DNA of 64,000 nt, taken from positions 1 to 64,000 of the forward strand of contig NW_021835562.1 in the NCBI RefSeq assembly GCF_006345805.1, written 5' to 3'. Positions 1-12,892 of the stretch are shown in pieces. The stretch's first letter is position 1; each line of letters opens with the position of its first letter. Both the position numbers and the translations under genes were made by a program. The notes beneath the pieces are model-generated. The model was not told the DNA's origin. It ran no database searches and saw only the letters and a list, made by a program, of their open reading frames with translations. This stretch comes from Octopus sinensis (lineage: Eukaryota).

Positions 1-43
<43 letters not shown>

Positions 44-62
44 GATAGATAGATAGATAGAT
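1..62. repeat. (GATA)n microsatellite
   Basis: Direct tetranucleotide repeat; abuts the 3' end (AATAAA on minus strand) of a Tx1-like fragment. Confidence 0.97.
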
Positions 63-1205
63 AAATTTCTTTATTGGCCACACAGGACTGCACACAGATG
101 GGATAAGTTACAAGGTAGAGCTTTTCTTTGGGGGGATGAAAAAAAACAAAAAACAAATGAAACAAAAAAAGGTGGCGTAGGTAGGTTTTCGATCAAAGGG
201 ATCGTAAAAGGGAAAAAGGAACAAAAAATAAAAATTTAAAAAGAAAAAAAAGAAAAAAAGGAAAAGGAACAAAAGAAAAGAGAAATGAAAAAAAGAAGAA
301 AAAAGGGGAAAAAGGGGGAAGAGAAAAAAAACGATCAATAGGGATCGTGTATCACAGTGTTATGATGTATGGTGTAAAGGAGAAAGCAAGTAAGGTTTAT
401 CCGTGGGAAGAAAAGCCTACGAAAAAGACCACGGTAACCTTGGTCAATATTGTTATATGTTACCACATTTGTTTGCAAGAGGGTAACCCTCTGTTTTCAA
501 TTTCTGGGTTCATAAGATTATGCTCAAGGTGGCTTCGTCATTCATACGTGCCATCCTTGCTACATTCACCCATCTTTTTTTAAAACATTCGCTAGACAAA
601 ACTTGCCTCTCTACTCTCAATTTCTTTCAAGTGGTACTTGAAGAAGTTGATGAGAGATTGACCAGAGAGGAAAGTGTTTGTCTCCAATCAGACGCGTCCA
701 CCAGATACATTCTTTCGCCATAGCCACAAGTATTATGAAAATAGCTCTTCCTTCCGTTTGAAGGAAGGAGGCGTGACAATATTGACGATAGACTCAACTG
801 ATAAACCTACTCATCCCACACGTGACAGCAGTTGTTCGACATAAGCCCACAGGTCGGAAATTGTGGACACTGCACGAGTGCGTGCAGAACGGTTCGTTCG
901 TCGCTCTGACCGCATCTCGGGCAGGTCGGCTCCGTGTTTCTCGAGCAGTGTCTGTAGAGCTTCCCGAAACGGGTTAGCGCTTCTCAGTAGCACTGCCAGG
1001 CCAGATATCTCTGAAAGTTGTCCATGGGCCCTGGCCCGAAAGTCGTCCCGAAAAGGCGGGTCAGGTACTCCTCGTCGACGTCCAGGTTCGCCCCGAGCTC
1101 GTCGTCGTACCTCCCCTCCACTAATCCCCTATAGAATGCTTTGGTTGTGATGAAGTCACTCAAGGTCGACCCAGGACGGCAGAGTTGCTTGAGAGCACTG
1201 GGGAT
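63..1205 (-). mobile_element. Tx1/L1-clade LINE 3' fragment (ORF2 C-terminus with CCHC zinc finger, plus 3' UTR)
   Basis: Minus strand reads ...TKAFYRGLVEG...FGPGPMDNFQRYLAWQCY...CPRCGQSDE/TVLHALVQCP...LWAYVEQLLSRVG...FINFFKYHLK..LRVERQVLS...RWVNVARM, collinear with ORF2 at 25700-26370. AATAAA at its 3' end. Confidence 0.85.
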
Positions 1206-1394
1206 ACTTTGTTCATTTGTGAGTGTATGGGAGTGTGTGTTCTCATTTGTTCTACTTCAACGTAAAACGGATCTTTTTCGACCGGTCACCTCACCGTCAC
1301 CAATGGTCGAGGCGAACAGGCGACAACGACTAGAAACCGGCAGTGTTGAGGTTTCTTTTAATAACATCGTTCAGTGAAAGTCACTAGCCCCTAT

Positions 1395-1712
1395 ACACAC
1401 GCACACACACACTCTCACATACACGCACATGCACGCGCACCTTCTTCTGGGGATCACCAGTACCTTATTATCTCCCCTTCTTCCTAGCTCTCTTGTCCAA
1501 CTACCTTTTGCCAACCAGTCGCCATGACAGAACGCTAGCCACTACACATTCTTTATTTTCTCCCCTTGTTTCTTTCTGTGTTCATTATGTGGAAGAGCGT
1601 AGGCTCGAAACGTTAAAGACTTTTTCACTTCCCGAGCGTTAAACTAACATCTGTTTGTTGTCTACACCAACTGTTTTGTCTTTGCATTTTTTTTGAATTC
1701 TCCCTCCCATAA
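1395..1712 (+). mobile_element. Penelope-type terminal repeat (pLTR-like), family H2, with degenerate hammerhead-like motif
   Basis: GAAGAGCGTAGGCTCGAAACGTT at about 1592-1614 and the downstream segment are shared with copies at 27.8 kb and 33.2 kb; ends in (TA)n. Confidence 0.55.
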
Positions 1713-1844
1713 TATAATATATATATAATATATATATATAATATAGATATATATATATATATATATGCCATGCATCCCATCTTAAATACCATCAGCTTGG
1801 AAACTAATTCAAGACGTTGACGGATAGATTCCTTTTCGCTCTAG

Positions 1845-1906
1845 TTGAGGCGTGCTGCATCTTGGGTTCACAAATCACAACTGTTCTTCATTATATAGAC
1901 ACGAAG
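1845..1906 (+). CDS. Weak candidate exon (EACCILGSQITTVLHYIDTK), phase 1 to 0
   Basis: Acceptor ttccttttcgctctag, donor AAG|GTGTCA, open frame in unique sequence. No homology evidence. Confidence 0.2.
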
Positions 1907-2226
1907 GTGTCACGCCTGTGGAGATAACCTAGAGGGGGTAGGGGTAGATGAAAGCAGCGAATATCGTCAACTGTACACGTTGATACAATGCGATTTAAAT
2001 CTAAATTTTGTGGCAGTTAACCAGAATTTAGAACCCCAAGTCCATTCTTATATATCCCAAAATAAAACTACAAGGAGGACTCGTATCAAGTTTGAATTTC
2101 CTGTGTTTAATCTTCATTGTTAGATAATAGAGAAAGAAAATTGAAAAAGCTAAACAGAACAGGAATTTGTTCCTAATTTATTTGGTAAGACTATCTTACA
2201 CGTATTTCCTTAATGATAATTATTTC

Positions 2227-2605
2227 TTCGTCTGTCTTTACGTTCTGAGTACAAATTCCGCTGAGGTCGACTTTATCTTTCATCCTTTCGAAAGGGTCAA
2301 TAAATTAAGTTCTAGTTGCGTACTGGGGTCGATCTAATCGACTGGCCCCTCCTCTAAAATTATGCGCCTTGTACCTAGAGTAGAAAAGAATAAAATTATT
2401 TCTACTCTAGGCACAAGGCCTTGAAAATTTGGGGGAAGGGGGTTAGTCGATTATATCGACCCCAGTGCGTATCTGGTACTTATTTCATCTACCCCGAAAG
2501 GATAAAAGGCAAAGTCAAAGTCAACCTCAGAATGTAGCGGCAGACGACATACTGCCAAGCATTTCTCCCTCGCGTACTAACGATTCTGCCATCTTGCCGC
2601 CTTAT
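2227..2605. mobile_element. Two tRNA-derived SINE-B copies in tail-to-tail inverted orientation
   Basis: + copy about 2227-2392 (gttctgagtacaaattccgctgaggtcgac...) and - copy about 2400-2605 of the same family. Confidence 0.8.
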
Positions 2606-2636
2606 ACCTCAATAACGATAATAATAATGATATCAA

Positions 2637-3070
2637 TTCTTTTATTAGTCACAAGGACTCGCATAAAACAACATTAAATGACATGCAGCAACAGAGAAGA
2701 CAAAAACAGTACGATAGAATGGGTTTTACAGCGTGTAAACAATATATATATATAACAATAACAAATTAAACAAATTAAAATTCCCAATAGGGGAGGCGTT
2801 TTAAGGTCCTCGTGGAAAAATCCACAACAGCCACAGGTGCATGATCAACAGGGTGAGAGCCCTTCTCCTTTAATTCCCTTTTTTTTACAGGTGCACGCTT
2901 AGAATTGGTCCTTTCACACTGGTCATTCTTCCAACATTCACCCACCTTTCAGCAAACTTGCTAGAAAGCAACACTTCCCTCTCCACCCTCAACATCCTTT
3001 TCAAGTGAAACGTGAAAAAGTTGATGAAGGCTTGGCCAAAGAGGGAAGTGTCATAATATCAGATGTATAA
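2637..3070 (-). mobile_element. Second Tx1/L1-clade 3' fragment
   Basis: Minus strand TSLFGQAFINFFTFHLKRMLRVEREVLLSSKFAERWVNVGRM matches the 63-1205 fragment. Its 3' end (gtccttgtgactAATAAAagaa) resembles gtcctgtgtggccAATAAAgaa. May extend to about 3460 and 4033-4090 around the mariner. Confidence 0.7.
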
Positions 3071-3465
3071 CGAAAGTCTTATAAGCAGAATCCATTGTCA
3101 AATCTTCAGAGATTTCCTAAGTCTCGTATGTAACATTTAGGATTTGTAGCGGGATACGAACTGTAACCGCCCTACACTGTCTCTTGAAACAGAATATAAC
3201 TGCATTCTAGATATCTTTATTGAATGATTTTCCATGCTTCAAGTATCAGTCCTTTGGAACAATAGCATTCGTAAGATAATCAACGTTTCCAGATCCCTTT
3301 ATCCAGACGATGAGACCAAGGAAGTCTTGAAAATCAAACTTAGTTTTGGATTGGATTGGATTAGATTGCTTATGTTCAGTTTACTGCAGGATGAAGGCCT
3401 CTGCATGTTCTCTCCATCAACTGCAGTCTGATTGTGGAGGCTGTGAATTTGAGTTTGGGATAATA

Positions 3466-4030
3466 TTGGGTTGTCCGGAAAGTTCGTGTCGATTTTTAAA
3501 GGAGAGAAAAGGGTCAATAAAAACTTGCCATTACATTTTTAATCAACAAAATATGAACCATTTTGTTGCACAATACGTCTCCATCTTTCTTTTAACTAGA
3601 AAATACCCTCTTCCCAGAATTGAGGTGGTTTCATGGCAAAGAATTCATCAAGGTATCTTTTTACGTCATCCAAGGAATTGAAATTTTTACCATTAACACT
3701 ATTCTGCAGAGACCTGAATAAGTGGAAATCCAATGGAGCAATATCTGGTGTATATGGAGGGTTGGGTAACAAATCCCAGCCGAGCTGCAGCAATTTTTGT
3801 CTGGTTCTCAAAGCATCAAGTGCCGAAAATGAACTTTCTCATCTTCCATTTAAAGGGTTACAAAATTAACACAGGTTATAGGAACATAAACCTTCTTCCA
3901 CGAAAAGATAGCTTAAACTGTGCTCTAAATGGAGGTGTAGCCAAATCCTATTTTATGGACTCAACCATGTTCTAAAATAATTTGAAAGGTAAGGTACTAT
4001 AAATCGGCACGAACTTTCCTGACAACTCAA
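3466..4030 (-). mobile_element. Internally deleted mariner element with both TIRs and transposase C-terminus
   Basis: TIRs TTGGGTTGTCCGGAAAGTTCGTGTCGATTT and TTGAGTTGTCAGGAAAGTTCGTGCCGATTT; TA on both flanks; ORF 3596-3811 has LPNPPYTPDIAPLDFHLFRSLQN (mariner YSPDLAP.D motif). Confidence 0.92.
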
Positions 4031-4129
4031 TATTTGTTTGGTGAACCTTCTCTGCCACACTGGCTCGACATGGCTTGCCAGAGGGGTACAGTTTATATAC
4101 TCATACCCAGAAATAGTGAAGTCGATTGC

Positions 4130-4265
4130 ATTAACCCCACTTCTCAACTGGTACTTATTTTATCGACTCCGAAATAAAGAAAGGCGAAGTCGACCTCGGC
4201 GAAATTTGAACTCAGAAATGTAAGGTCGGACGAAGTATCGCTAGCATTACTTCCACTACCACCGC
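4130..4265 (-). mobile_element. SINE-B fragment
   Basis: actggtacttatttt atcgac...gtcgacctcggcgaaatttgaactcagaa matches the family. Confidence 0.75.
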
Positions 4266-4899
4266 AGCCCTCTCGTAACACCATCACTACAATCACCGCA
4301 ATCACCACCACCATCACCTCAACAACTCTTACCATCATCATCACCACTTATGCCACCACTACCACCACTTCTATCATTACCACCACCGCAACCACCACCA
4401 CCACCACCACCGCCGCCGCCGCCGCTTCATATTGAAACATCTTATTCATGATAACTTTGATTTTTATCATTTATTTTTTGTCTTTTTTTCTTTTATATAA
4501 TATTTTTTGTTTTACAAAATGGCGGTAGTGGAGGAGCGAGGTATATCGTTTTTTTTTTCTTAATTTTTCGTTTTTTGTTTTTTTTTTCACAAAACATCCA
4601 TTTTAAGATATTTATTCCGTTCCATTTGCTCTCTCTCTCTTTCTCTCTCTCTCTCTCTTTCTTTCTCTCTTGCTCTCTCTCTCTCTCTCTCTTTTCTTTC
4701 CAAATAATTCAACCGACATCAGGATGGTTTCTTACTTATCGATCACACAAAACGAAAATAAAAAAAGATACTCTTTCTTCTCCATCTCCACTTCGCCCTC
4801 TAACACATATACACATATACACATATACACATATACACAAACACACAAACACACAAACATACAAACACATACATGCATATACAAATAGATATATATGTT

Positions 4900-4944
<45 letters not shown>

Positions 4945-5077
4945 GTATATATATATATGTATATATGTATATGTAACATATATACATACATACACATGCA
5001 CACATTTTCACATGTATGCAATGTATGTATATATGTTGTATACATACATGCACTCACACGCACACGCACACACGCAT

Positions 5078-5111
<34 letters not shown>

Positions 5112-5159
5112 TGTTATACTATAAAGTACCAGACGAGTATCTAATTTTGTATTAAATAT

Positions 5160-6719
5160 AAGACCAACATCACTTCCAGCGTCATCATCACCATCATCAC
5201 CACCGTCAGCACCATAATGCCACTACAATTCCATTTCCACCACCGAACCATCCTCGACCCCCACAGTTATATTTTCCACCAGCAAAATACCACACCCGAC
5301 TATCACATATCTTCTACTGCCACCACTAAAGCAAGCACCGCAACAACAATCACTACAACCACCACCACAACCACCACCATCACTACTACACGACCACGCC
5401 CACCACCACCACAACCACCACCACCACTAACACCACCACAACCACCACCACCACCACCACCAGCATCGCCAACACTACTACACGACCACGAACACGACCA
5501 CCACTACCACCACCACCACCAGCACCGCCATCACTACTACACGACCACCATCACCACCACCACCACCACCACCACCAGCAGCATCGCCATCACTACTACA
5601 CGACCACGACCACCCCCACCACTACCACGACCACCACTACCACCACGACCACCTCCTCCAGCACCGCCATCACTACTACACGACCACCACCACCACTACC
5701 ACCACCACCACTACCACCACCACCACCACCACCACCACCACCATCACCACCATCAACCCCCACAACCACCACCACCACCAGCACCGCCATCACTACTACA
5801 CGACCACCATCACCACTACCACCACCACCACCAGCTGCAGCATCGCCATCACTACTACACGACCACGACCACCCCCACCACTACCACGACCACCACCACT
5901 ACCACCACCACACCACCACTCCTCCAGCACCGCCATCACTACTACACGACCACGACCACCACTACCACACCACCATACCACCACCACACCACCACCACAC
6001 ACACCACCACCACCACTACTACACCACCACCACCACCACCACCACACCACCACCACCCCCACCACCACCACCACCACCATCACCACCAGCAGCATCTCCA
6101 TCACTACTACACGACCACACGACCACCCCCACCACTACCACGACCACCCTACCACCACTACCACCACCACCACCACCACCAGCATCGCCATCACTACTAC
6201 ACCACCACCACCACCACACCACCACCACCACCACCACCACCACCACCACTACCACCACCACCACCACCACCACCACCACCGCCACACCACTACCACCACC
6301 ACACCACCACCACCACACCACCACCAGCATCGCCATCACTACACACCACCACCACCACCACCACCACCACCACACGCCCACCACCACCACCACACCCAAC
6401 ACAACCACCACCAGCATCGCCATCACTACTACACGACCACTACCACCACTACCACCACCACCATCACCACCACCACCACCACCATCACCACCACCACTAC
6501 CACCAGCAGCATCGCCATCATCACTACACAACCACCACCACCACCACCACCACCACCACCACCATCACCACCACCACTACCACCAGCAGCATCGCCATCA
6601 CTACTACACCACCACCACCACCACCACCACCACCACCACCTCCTCCAGCACCGCCATCACTACTACAACGACAACCACCCCACCACTACCACCACCAGCA
6701 TCGCCATCACTACTACACC

Positions 6720-6768
<49 letters not shown>

Positions 6769-6800
6769 GCAACAAACACCACCACCACCACCACCACCAC
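5160..6800. repeat. About 1.6 kb (CAC/ACC)n tract with a recurring cassette
   Basis: Trinucleotide repeat interspersed with about 14 copies of GCA(T/C)CGCCATCACTACTAC; ends in (AAC)n. Confidence 0.95.
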
Positions 6801-7370
6801 CCTCAGAACCATCTGATGCTTACTAGAGGATTCTTCTTATCGGTTGTTTTTCTTTTAAAGCCAAGTAAAATATATAAAAAGCCGTATATTTTATGTCACT
6901 CACATAAATAGAACGACGATAAAACAACAACAACAAAAACAATAACAGCTAGAAGAACAGTCGCAACAACGATAGCAACAAGTACGAACAGCTTATAGGA
7001 TGTCGTTCAAAGCAACGGCAGATTGAAGCGAGACACAAACTACGAAACGCTCCATACGCGGCTATACTTGTTTGGCGGGGTTTTTTTTATTGTCTTTCTA
7101 TAAATACATGTACACGTGCAAACGCATGCATACGCATACATACATGCACATCAGTATGCATACGCATGCACATCCATAAAAACACGCGTACGCACACATA
7201 CGCACGGTAGTGTGTGTGAGTGTGTATGAGGATATGTGACTATTTACACAAATAAACACATATGTGTGTGTCTGTATATTAGGTCATTGCCCGTCGTAAG
7301 GCTATATATAAACATTTACACACACACAGACACACACATATGTGTGTGTGCGTGTGTGTGTGTGTATGTG

Positions 7371-7825
7371 AAGGCACATGGCTCAGTGGTTAGAGCGTCG
7401 AGATTACGATCGTGAGGTTGTGAGTTCGAATCCCGGACCAGGCGCCGTGTTGTGTTCTTGAGCAAAACACTTTATTTCACGTTGCTCCAGTTCACTCAGC
7501 TGTAGAAATGAGCTGCAACGTCACAGGTGCCAAGCTGTATCGGCCCCTTTGCCTTTCCTTTGGACAACATCGGCGGCGTGGAGAGGGGAGGCCGGTATGC
7601 ATGGGCGACTGCTGGTCTTCCATAAACAACCTTGCCCAGACTTGTGCCTGGGAGGGTAACTTTCTAGGTGCAATACCATGGTCAGTCATGACCGAAGGGG
7701 GTCTCAGCATTGTAGCTCACCTACGTCAGACCGGTGTCCCATCCAGGTGGGGTACCTATACGACAAGGAAACCGGGAAACCGGCCCTTATGAGCCGGGCA
7801 TGGCTCGAGAAAGAATAAACAACAA
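7371..7825 (+). mobile_element. Chimeric tRNA-derived SINE (head, CORE-like segment, V-like tail)
   Basis: A box TGGCTCAGTGG and B box GTTCGAATC; then gtgttgtgttcttgagcaaaacacttta; tail ...ccggtgtcccatccaggtgggg...gaaaccgggaaaccggcccttatgag...ggctcgaga shared with the 50361 copy. Confidence 0.8.
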
Positions 7826-8420
7826 TTTACATTATCGGTGAGGCACGTGACTTAGTGTTAGGGCGTTGCACTTGTGATCATAAGATTGTGGTTTCAATTC
7901 CTGGACTGCCTGAGGCGTAGTGCTCTTGGGCCAAATACTCCAGTCCAAACAAAAATGAGTGATCCTACTGTAGACCGGCGTCCTGTCCAGCTGGGGTAAT
8001 ATTTCAGCCTCAGAATCTGAGAAAACAGCTTAATGAACCAATGGCTTCGAAAGAAGTTTTGATTATTTTTCTTCTTTTTTTTTTTGACCTACACAATAAA
8101 TCTACGCTTACCGAACTGCTAAGATAAGAGATTACTAACAAACCAACACCGGTTATCAAGTAGTGTGAGGAACAGACATGAATACAAAGACGCACACCCA
8201 GACATACATATATATGGGGGGGGTGAAGTATTTGTGTGTGTGTGTGTATGTGTGAGTGTGTGTGTATGTGTGTGTGTGACTGTGTATGTGTGTGAAATAA
8301 TTGTCGGATTTATAAGGTGAGATCTAAAATAAAGATATAATTTTCTTCGAGCGCATTTTTGTTATATATAGAGATGTGTGTGTGTGTATGTGTGTGTGTG
8401 TGCGTGTGTGTGTGTGTGCA

Positions 8421-8453
<33 letters not shown>

Positions 8454-8558
8454 GTGTGTGTGTGTGTGCGTGTGTGTGTATTTCTTTGTCGAACGTCGTT
8501 CAGTACTAAGTCGTTTGTCTTTTATTTTAATTTTTATCGATCCTAGAAAAAAAAGAGA

Positions 8559-9001
8559 GGATCTTTTCGGTTTGAACGGCAGTTTTTCTAGCGGTGTCAT
8601 ATGAAATTGTCACCCATAATTATGACCCTAGTATCGATCTATTGCATTTCAATCTGTTTTAGGGTTAGGATTAGTTAGGGTTAGTTAAGGTTAGGGTTAG
8701 GGGTGGGGCGAAGGGTATCTTTTTTTCTTCAGAAATGTAAATAAACCCAATCTGTTTCTTAAACGAGGGACATATTCATACGGTACAGAATGTTTTCACC
8801 TCAAAAGACGTCATTGATTGGTTGAAATTGCAGAAATTGAAGAAAAAATCTCACAAATATTTTACAAACTATAGAATCTTCTCAATAAAGCCAAGAGAAA
8901 AAGATGTTTTATAAACACATCCTACCAGTATACGAAGTTTAAAATTTTTTAGTTACGTGGAAATTATTTTTAAAAAACTGCCGTTCAAACCGAAAAGATC
9001 C
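8559..9001 (+). mobile_element. MITE, GGATC family (Merlin-like or hAT-like), copy 1
   Basis: 29-bp TIR GGATCTTTTCGGTTTGAACGGCAGTTTTT; 8-bp TSD AAAAGAGA (8551-8558, 9002-9009); internal TTAGGG tract. Confidence 0.95.
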
Positions 9002-9279
9002 AAAAGAGAAAGGTAGAGTCGACTCCGGTAAAATTTGAACTCAGTTACATACAGTAGCGAAAACAAAACACTGCATCGTAATTTGCACCAATGCAACCGC
9101 ATCGGATCCGCAAAATGCTAATAATAAGCTAGCAGATACTAGCATAAGGAATTATAATGAAGCAGATAATAAAAAAATAGGTAACTGCAGAATATGTTGA
9201 ATTTGTAAAGAAGCAATCAATCATATTGTTTCTGGTTGTCCTGTGTTAGCCAAAGGAGAACATATATCATATAAAAATT

Positions 9280-9304
9280 TGTGCGCGTGTGTATACATGC
9301 ATAC

Positions 9305-9338
<34 letters not shown>

Positions 9339-9364
9339 GTATATATATGTATTATATATGTATA

Positions 9365-9405
<41 letters not shown>

Positions 9406-9555
9406 GTATGTATATATATATACATATACATATATATATATACATATATATATACATATATATACATATATATATATATAATATATATATATATAATATA
9501 TATATATATATATGTATGTATATATATGTATATGTATGTATATAGATATATATAT

Positions 9556-9589
<34 letters not shown>

Positions 9590-9654
9590 CACAGCTGTAC
9601 ACATATATGCAAATATATGTGTATGTGCGTATGTGTGTATGTTTTTTATGTATA

Positions 9655-9696
<42 letters not shown>

Positions 9697-9770
9697 CATA
9701 CACACCGCGTGCATATATGTATATATGCACAAAACACACACACACCACACACACACACACACACAGATAT
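9280..9770. repeat. (TA)n/(TG)n/(CA)n compound microsatellite
   Basis: Direct inspection. Confidence 0.95.
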
Positions 9771-9789
9771 GATACAAAGATAGAGTTTT

Positions 9790-10215
9790 AATACATTGGA
9801 AATTATGCCAGCATAATGAAATAACGTAGAAGAGAGATACTGTAAAGCAAGAGGCTAGAAAAAGTCTCGGATAATGGCGAAGTAATCATACGAAATCAGT
9901 TTATAGATGGAGAGCGAGGGGGAGATTAAGATGAATTGGCCAGACATTGTTGTCAAAGATCAGCGTGAAAAAAAAGAATATCGCTTAATCGACATATCAA
10001 TTGCGAAAAACAAAAATATTCCTTAATCGACATATTATTTCTGTAAAACGAAAATATATATCTGAAAAGAAATGAATGAATTTTATATCTAAATATAAAG
10101 ACCTGGAAATAGAGATAACCAGAATGTGGAGATTGAAAACGGAAGACGACTCTCATAATTAATAAATGCTTTGGGAATGATAAAAACAGATGAGAACAAA
10201 TACATAAATGAAACG
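9790..10215 (+). mobile_element. Degenerate R4/Dong-like non-LTR retrotransposon fragment (restriction-like endonuclease domain)
   Basis: Frameshifted translation IHWKLCQ...NWPDIVVKD...LIDISIA...KYKDLEIEITRMWRLKT...NALGMIK fits the PD..D..K RLE region of R4-type elements. Confidence 0.75.
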
Positions 10216-10443
10216 CCATCGCTTTTGTTTATACGCAGCGGTAGCAAAGGGAATGTAATATAATTGCGTACATATTGTATTCAGTTCTGTCGGACTTAAT
10301 GTTCGTTACTGGAGTTACGTGCACAGCATACAGAAAATAACACTGTTAAACACTGTAATCATAGCTGTGTGTTTAAGAAGCTTTACCTTGCAACGACGTG
10401 GCTTCGCGTTCAGTTTCTCTACTCTACATCTTAGACAAATCTC

Positions 10444-10874
10444 GGATCTTTTCGGTTTGAACGGCAGTTTTTTTCTAGCGGTGTCATATGAAATTGTCAC
10501 CCATAATTATGACCCTAGTATCGATCTATTGCATTTCAATCTATTTTAGAGTTAGGGTTAGTTAGGGTTAGGATTAGGGGTGGGGGGAAGGCTATCTTTT
10601 TTTCTTCACAAATGTAAATAAACCCAATATGTTTCTTAATGAGGGACATATTCATATGGCACAGAATTTTTTTTACCTCAATAGACGTCATTGATTGGTT
10701 GAAATTGCAGAAATTGAAGAAAAAACAACAAATATCTTACGAACTATAGAATTTTCTCAATAAAGCCAAGAGAAAAAGATGTTTTATAAACACATTCTAC
10801 CAGTATACGAAGTTTAAAATTTTTTAGTTACCTAGAAATTATGTTAAAAACTGCCGTTCAAACCGAAAAGATCC
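10444..10874 (+). mobile_element. MITE, GGATC family, copy 2
   Basis: Same TIRs; TSD CAAATCTC (10436-10443, 10875-10882). Confidence 0.95.
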
Positions 10875-10956
10875 CAAATCTCTTTTATTATATCATTTTG
10901 TGGGTGTTGGGGTCGATTATAGGTCCAGTCAGATCAGGCATTAGATCCAGTTGAGT

Positions 10957-11296
10957 TACTGAAAAGGTGCGAGAGAAGTTGGGTTCCTGAGAGGAAGTTT
11001 TTAGAGATAGCTCATTTGATGTGTGATACGTTGAGCTTTCCGTTGGAGAAAGGAGGGACCACAGTTAAGGACCTCTTCAGGTGGTTCAAAACTCTCAGTA
11101 AGTCACTGGGTCTAATATATTGTTTGTACTGAAAAGGTGCGAGAGGAGTTGAGTTCCTGGGAGGAAATTTTTAGAGGTAGCTCATTTGATGTGTGATACG
11201 TTGAGCTCTTCGTTGGAGAAGGGAGGGACCACATTTAAGGACCTCTTCAGGTGGTTCAAACTCCCAGTATGTCACTGGGTCTAATATATTGTTTGT
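10957..11296. repeat. Tandem duplication of a 170-bp unit
   Basis: tactgaaaaggtgcgagag...ggtctaatatattgtttg occurs at 10957-11126 and 11127-11296 with few differences. Confidence 0.93.
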
Positions 11297-11396
11297 ACAT
11301 CATTGCTATTGCTTCTTTCTGTTAGCTAGGCATCGTATAATGCGAAAGCTCTTTCAGTACGTTTGTGCTTCGTTTTACTTTCTTTAGTATGTCTTT

Positions 11397-11585
11397 TATT
11401 ATCTCTGACTTAGTGAAAGTAGAGGTATTGTTTTCAGTCGTGTTTGTTTGTTAGTCCGTCGATAAGATATCTCAGGAACCGCTGGATGGATTCGGATGAA
11501 ACTTTCAGGGATGTTTGGCCTCGTGACCGGCACGGTCTCATTAGATTTGTGGATCGATCCGGTACTCGACAAGGATTCTAGATTA
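11397..11585. mobile_element. Helentron/HINE-like non-autonomous fragment
   Basis: ttattatctctg...gaggtattgttttc...gtttgtttgtt...atatctcaggaacc...ggatggattcggatgaaactttc...attagatttg..gatcc resembles the usual layout of Helentron-derived repeats (recognised by eye). Confidence 0.5.
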
Positions 11586-12719
11586 TTTTTCCAGTTTTTT
11601 TTTTTACTTTACATGTATATGTAAAGTTTCACATAGTTCTCTTGTACACGCACACACATACATATACTCACACATTTTCATCGTTGGATATTACCATCCT
11701 ATTTCCATTGAACACACACATGCGCGCGCGCAAAACATAGCTCTCTTTTACACAAACATATCCTCACAATTCAAACGCCGTTTATCGGCCTTTTCACTCC
11801 TTCCCTCGTTATTCATCTATCACCCCTTCCTTTCTCATTCATACGACGCTCTCTCTGCCACTTCGTTTTGTCTTTACTTTCTCTCACTCCCTCTCAACCA
11901 TGACTGTTACTCTCACTACTTCTCCTTCACTATATTTAGCATTTCATTTCTTCTTACTCAATATATATACATTTGGATTATTTTTCCGTTTGAGAGCGGT
12001 CGGGTTCGTTTTTAGTATTCTCGTTTGTGAGGGCAGTCCAGTTTATTTCAGATATTCTCATTTTAAAAAATCATCTCCGACTAATCGTTGAGAGGACGTT
12101 GGTGTTGTCTTGGCAGAGGTTTGCGCTCTCTGAGTGTTCTTGTCTGTATTGCAAATATTGTGGAGGTATGATAAATAACCTTAAATCCTTTACTCTGTAT
12201 TATTTAACGTATTCTCAATTAACATGGTAGGGTCCGATTCAGTATTGGGAAGTGCGTTCCCCATTGGCGTAAGTCACGTTGTGTGCTACTATCAGCATTA
12301 GTGAGTTACTGCTGGTATTTCACTCCAGGTTAGTCTTAACAAAGTAGACCCCTGACCGAAGGCATTCTGGTTGCCACATTCCTGTGCTTGTGATAAAAAT
12401 TAAAAAAGGAGGGGAATTACATGATCCAACGTGTCCTACACTTAAAAGGCGCTAAGGTGTGATTTGAGGGAAAGTTACTATTATTTCAAGGTGGCTAAGA
12501 GACCAAAGAGTGACTCCTACACTAGGTCGTAGTTAGGCCCTCGCGTTATGACAAGGTACCATACAGTGCAAAGTGGTGTGGCAGGGTCTGCCATGATGCA
12601 TCGTGGTGCGCCTTGGTGTGAGTGTTAGGCAGTTTGAATTTGTGTGTGATGTGGTGCAGTGAGAAATAGTGCAGTGCTACATCATATGGTGCGGTGTCTT
12701 GTTACGAAGGGGTGCTACG

Positions 12720-12723
12720 TACG

Positions 12724-12755
<32 letters not shown>

Positions 12756-12861
12756 CACACACATACATACATTACATACATACATGCATACATGCATGCA
12801 TGCATACATACATACAAACATACATACGTACATACATACATATATATATACATACATACAT

Positions 12862-12892
<31 letters not shown>

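Noticed and set aside
4516-4545. AAAATGGCGG (YY1-like or start-context motif) followed by GAG|GTATAT
   Set aside because: A single short motif with a weak donor; could be chance.
5217-6911. 564-aa His/Pro/Thr-rich ORF
   Set aside because: Poly-T, poly-P and poly-H alternate within one frame as expected from frame-indifferent CAC slippage, and CAC repeats cannot encode stops.
7371-7440. tRNA-like sequences here and at 39264, 50361, 51614
   Set aside because: They have A and B boxes but no complete cloverleaf and run into SINE bodies, so they are SINE heads.
8659-8705. TTAGGG repeats as a true telomere or fusion site
   Set aside because: Short, degenerate and always inside the MITE.
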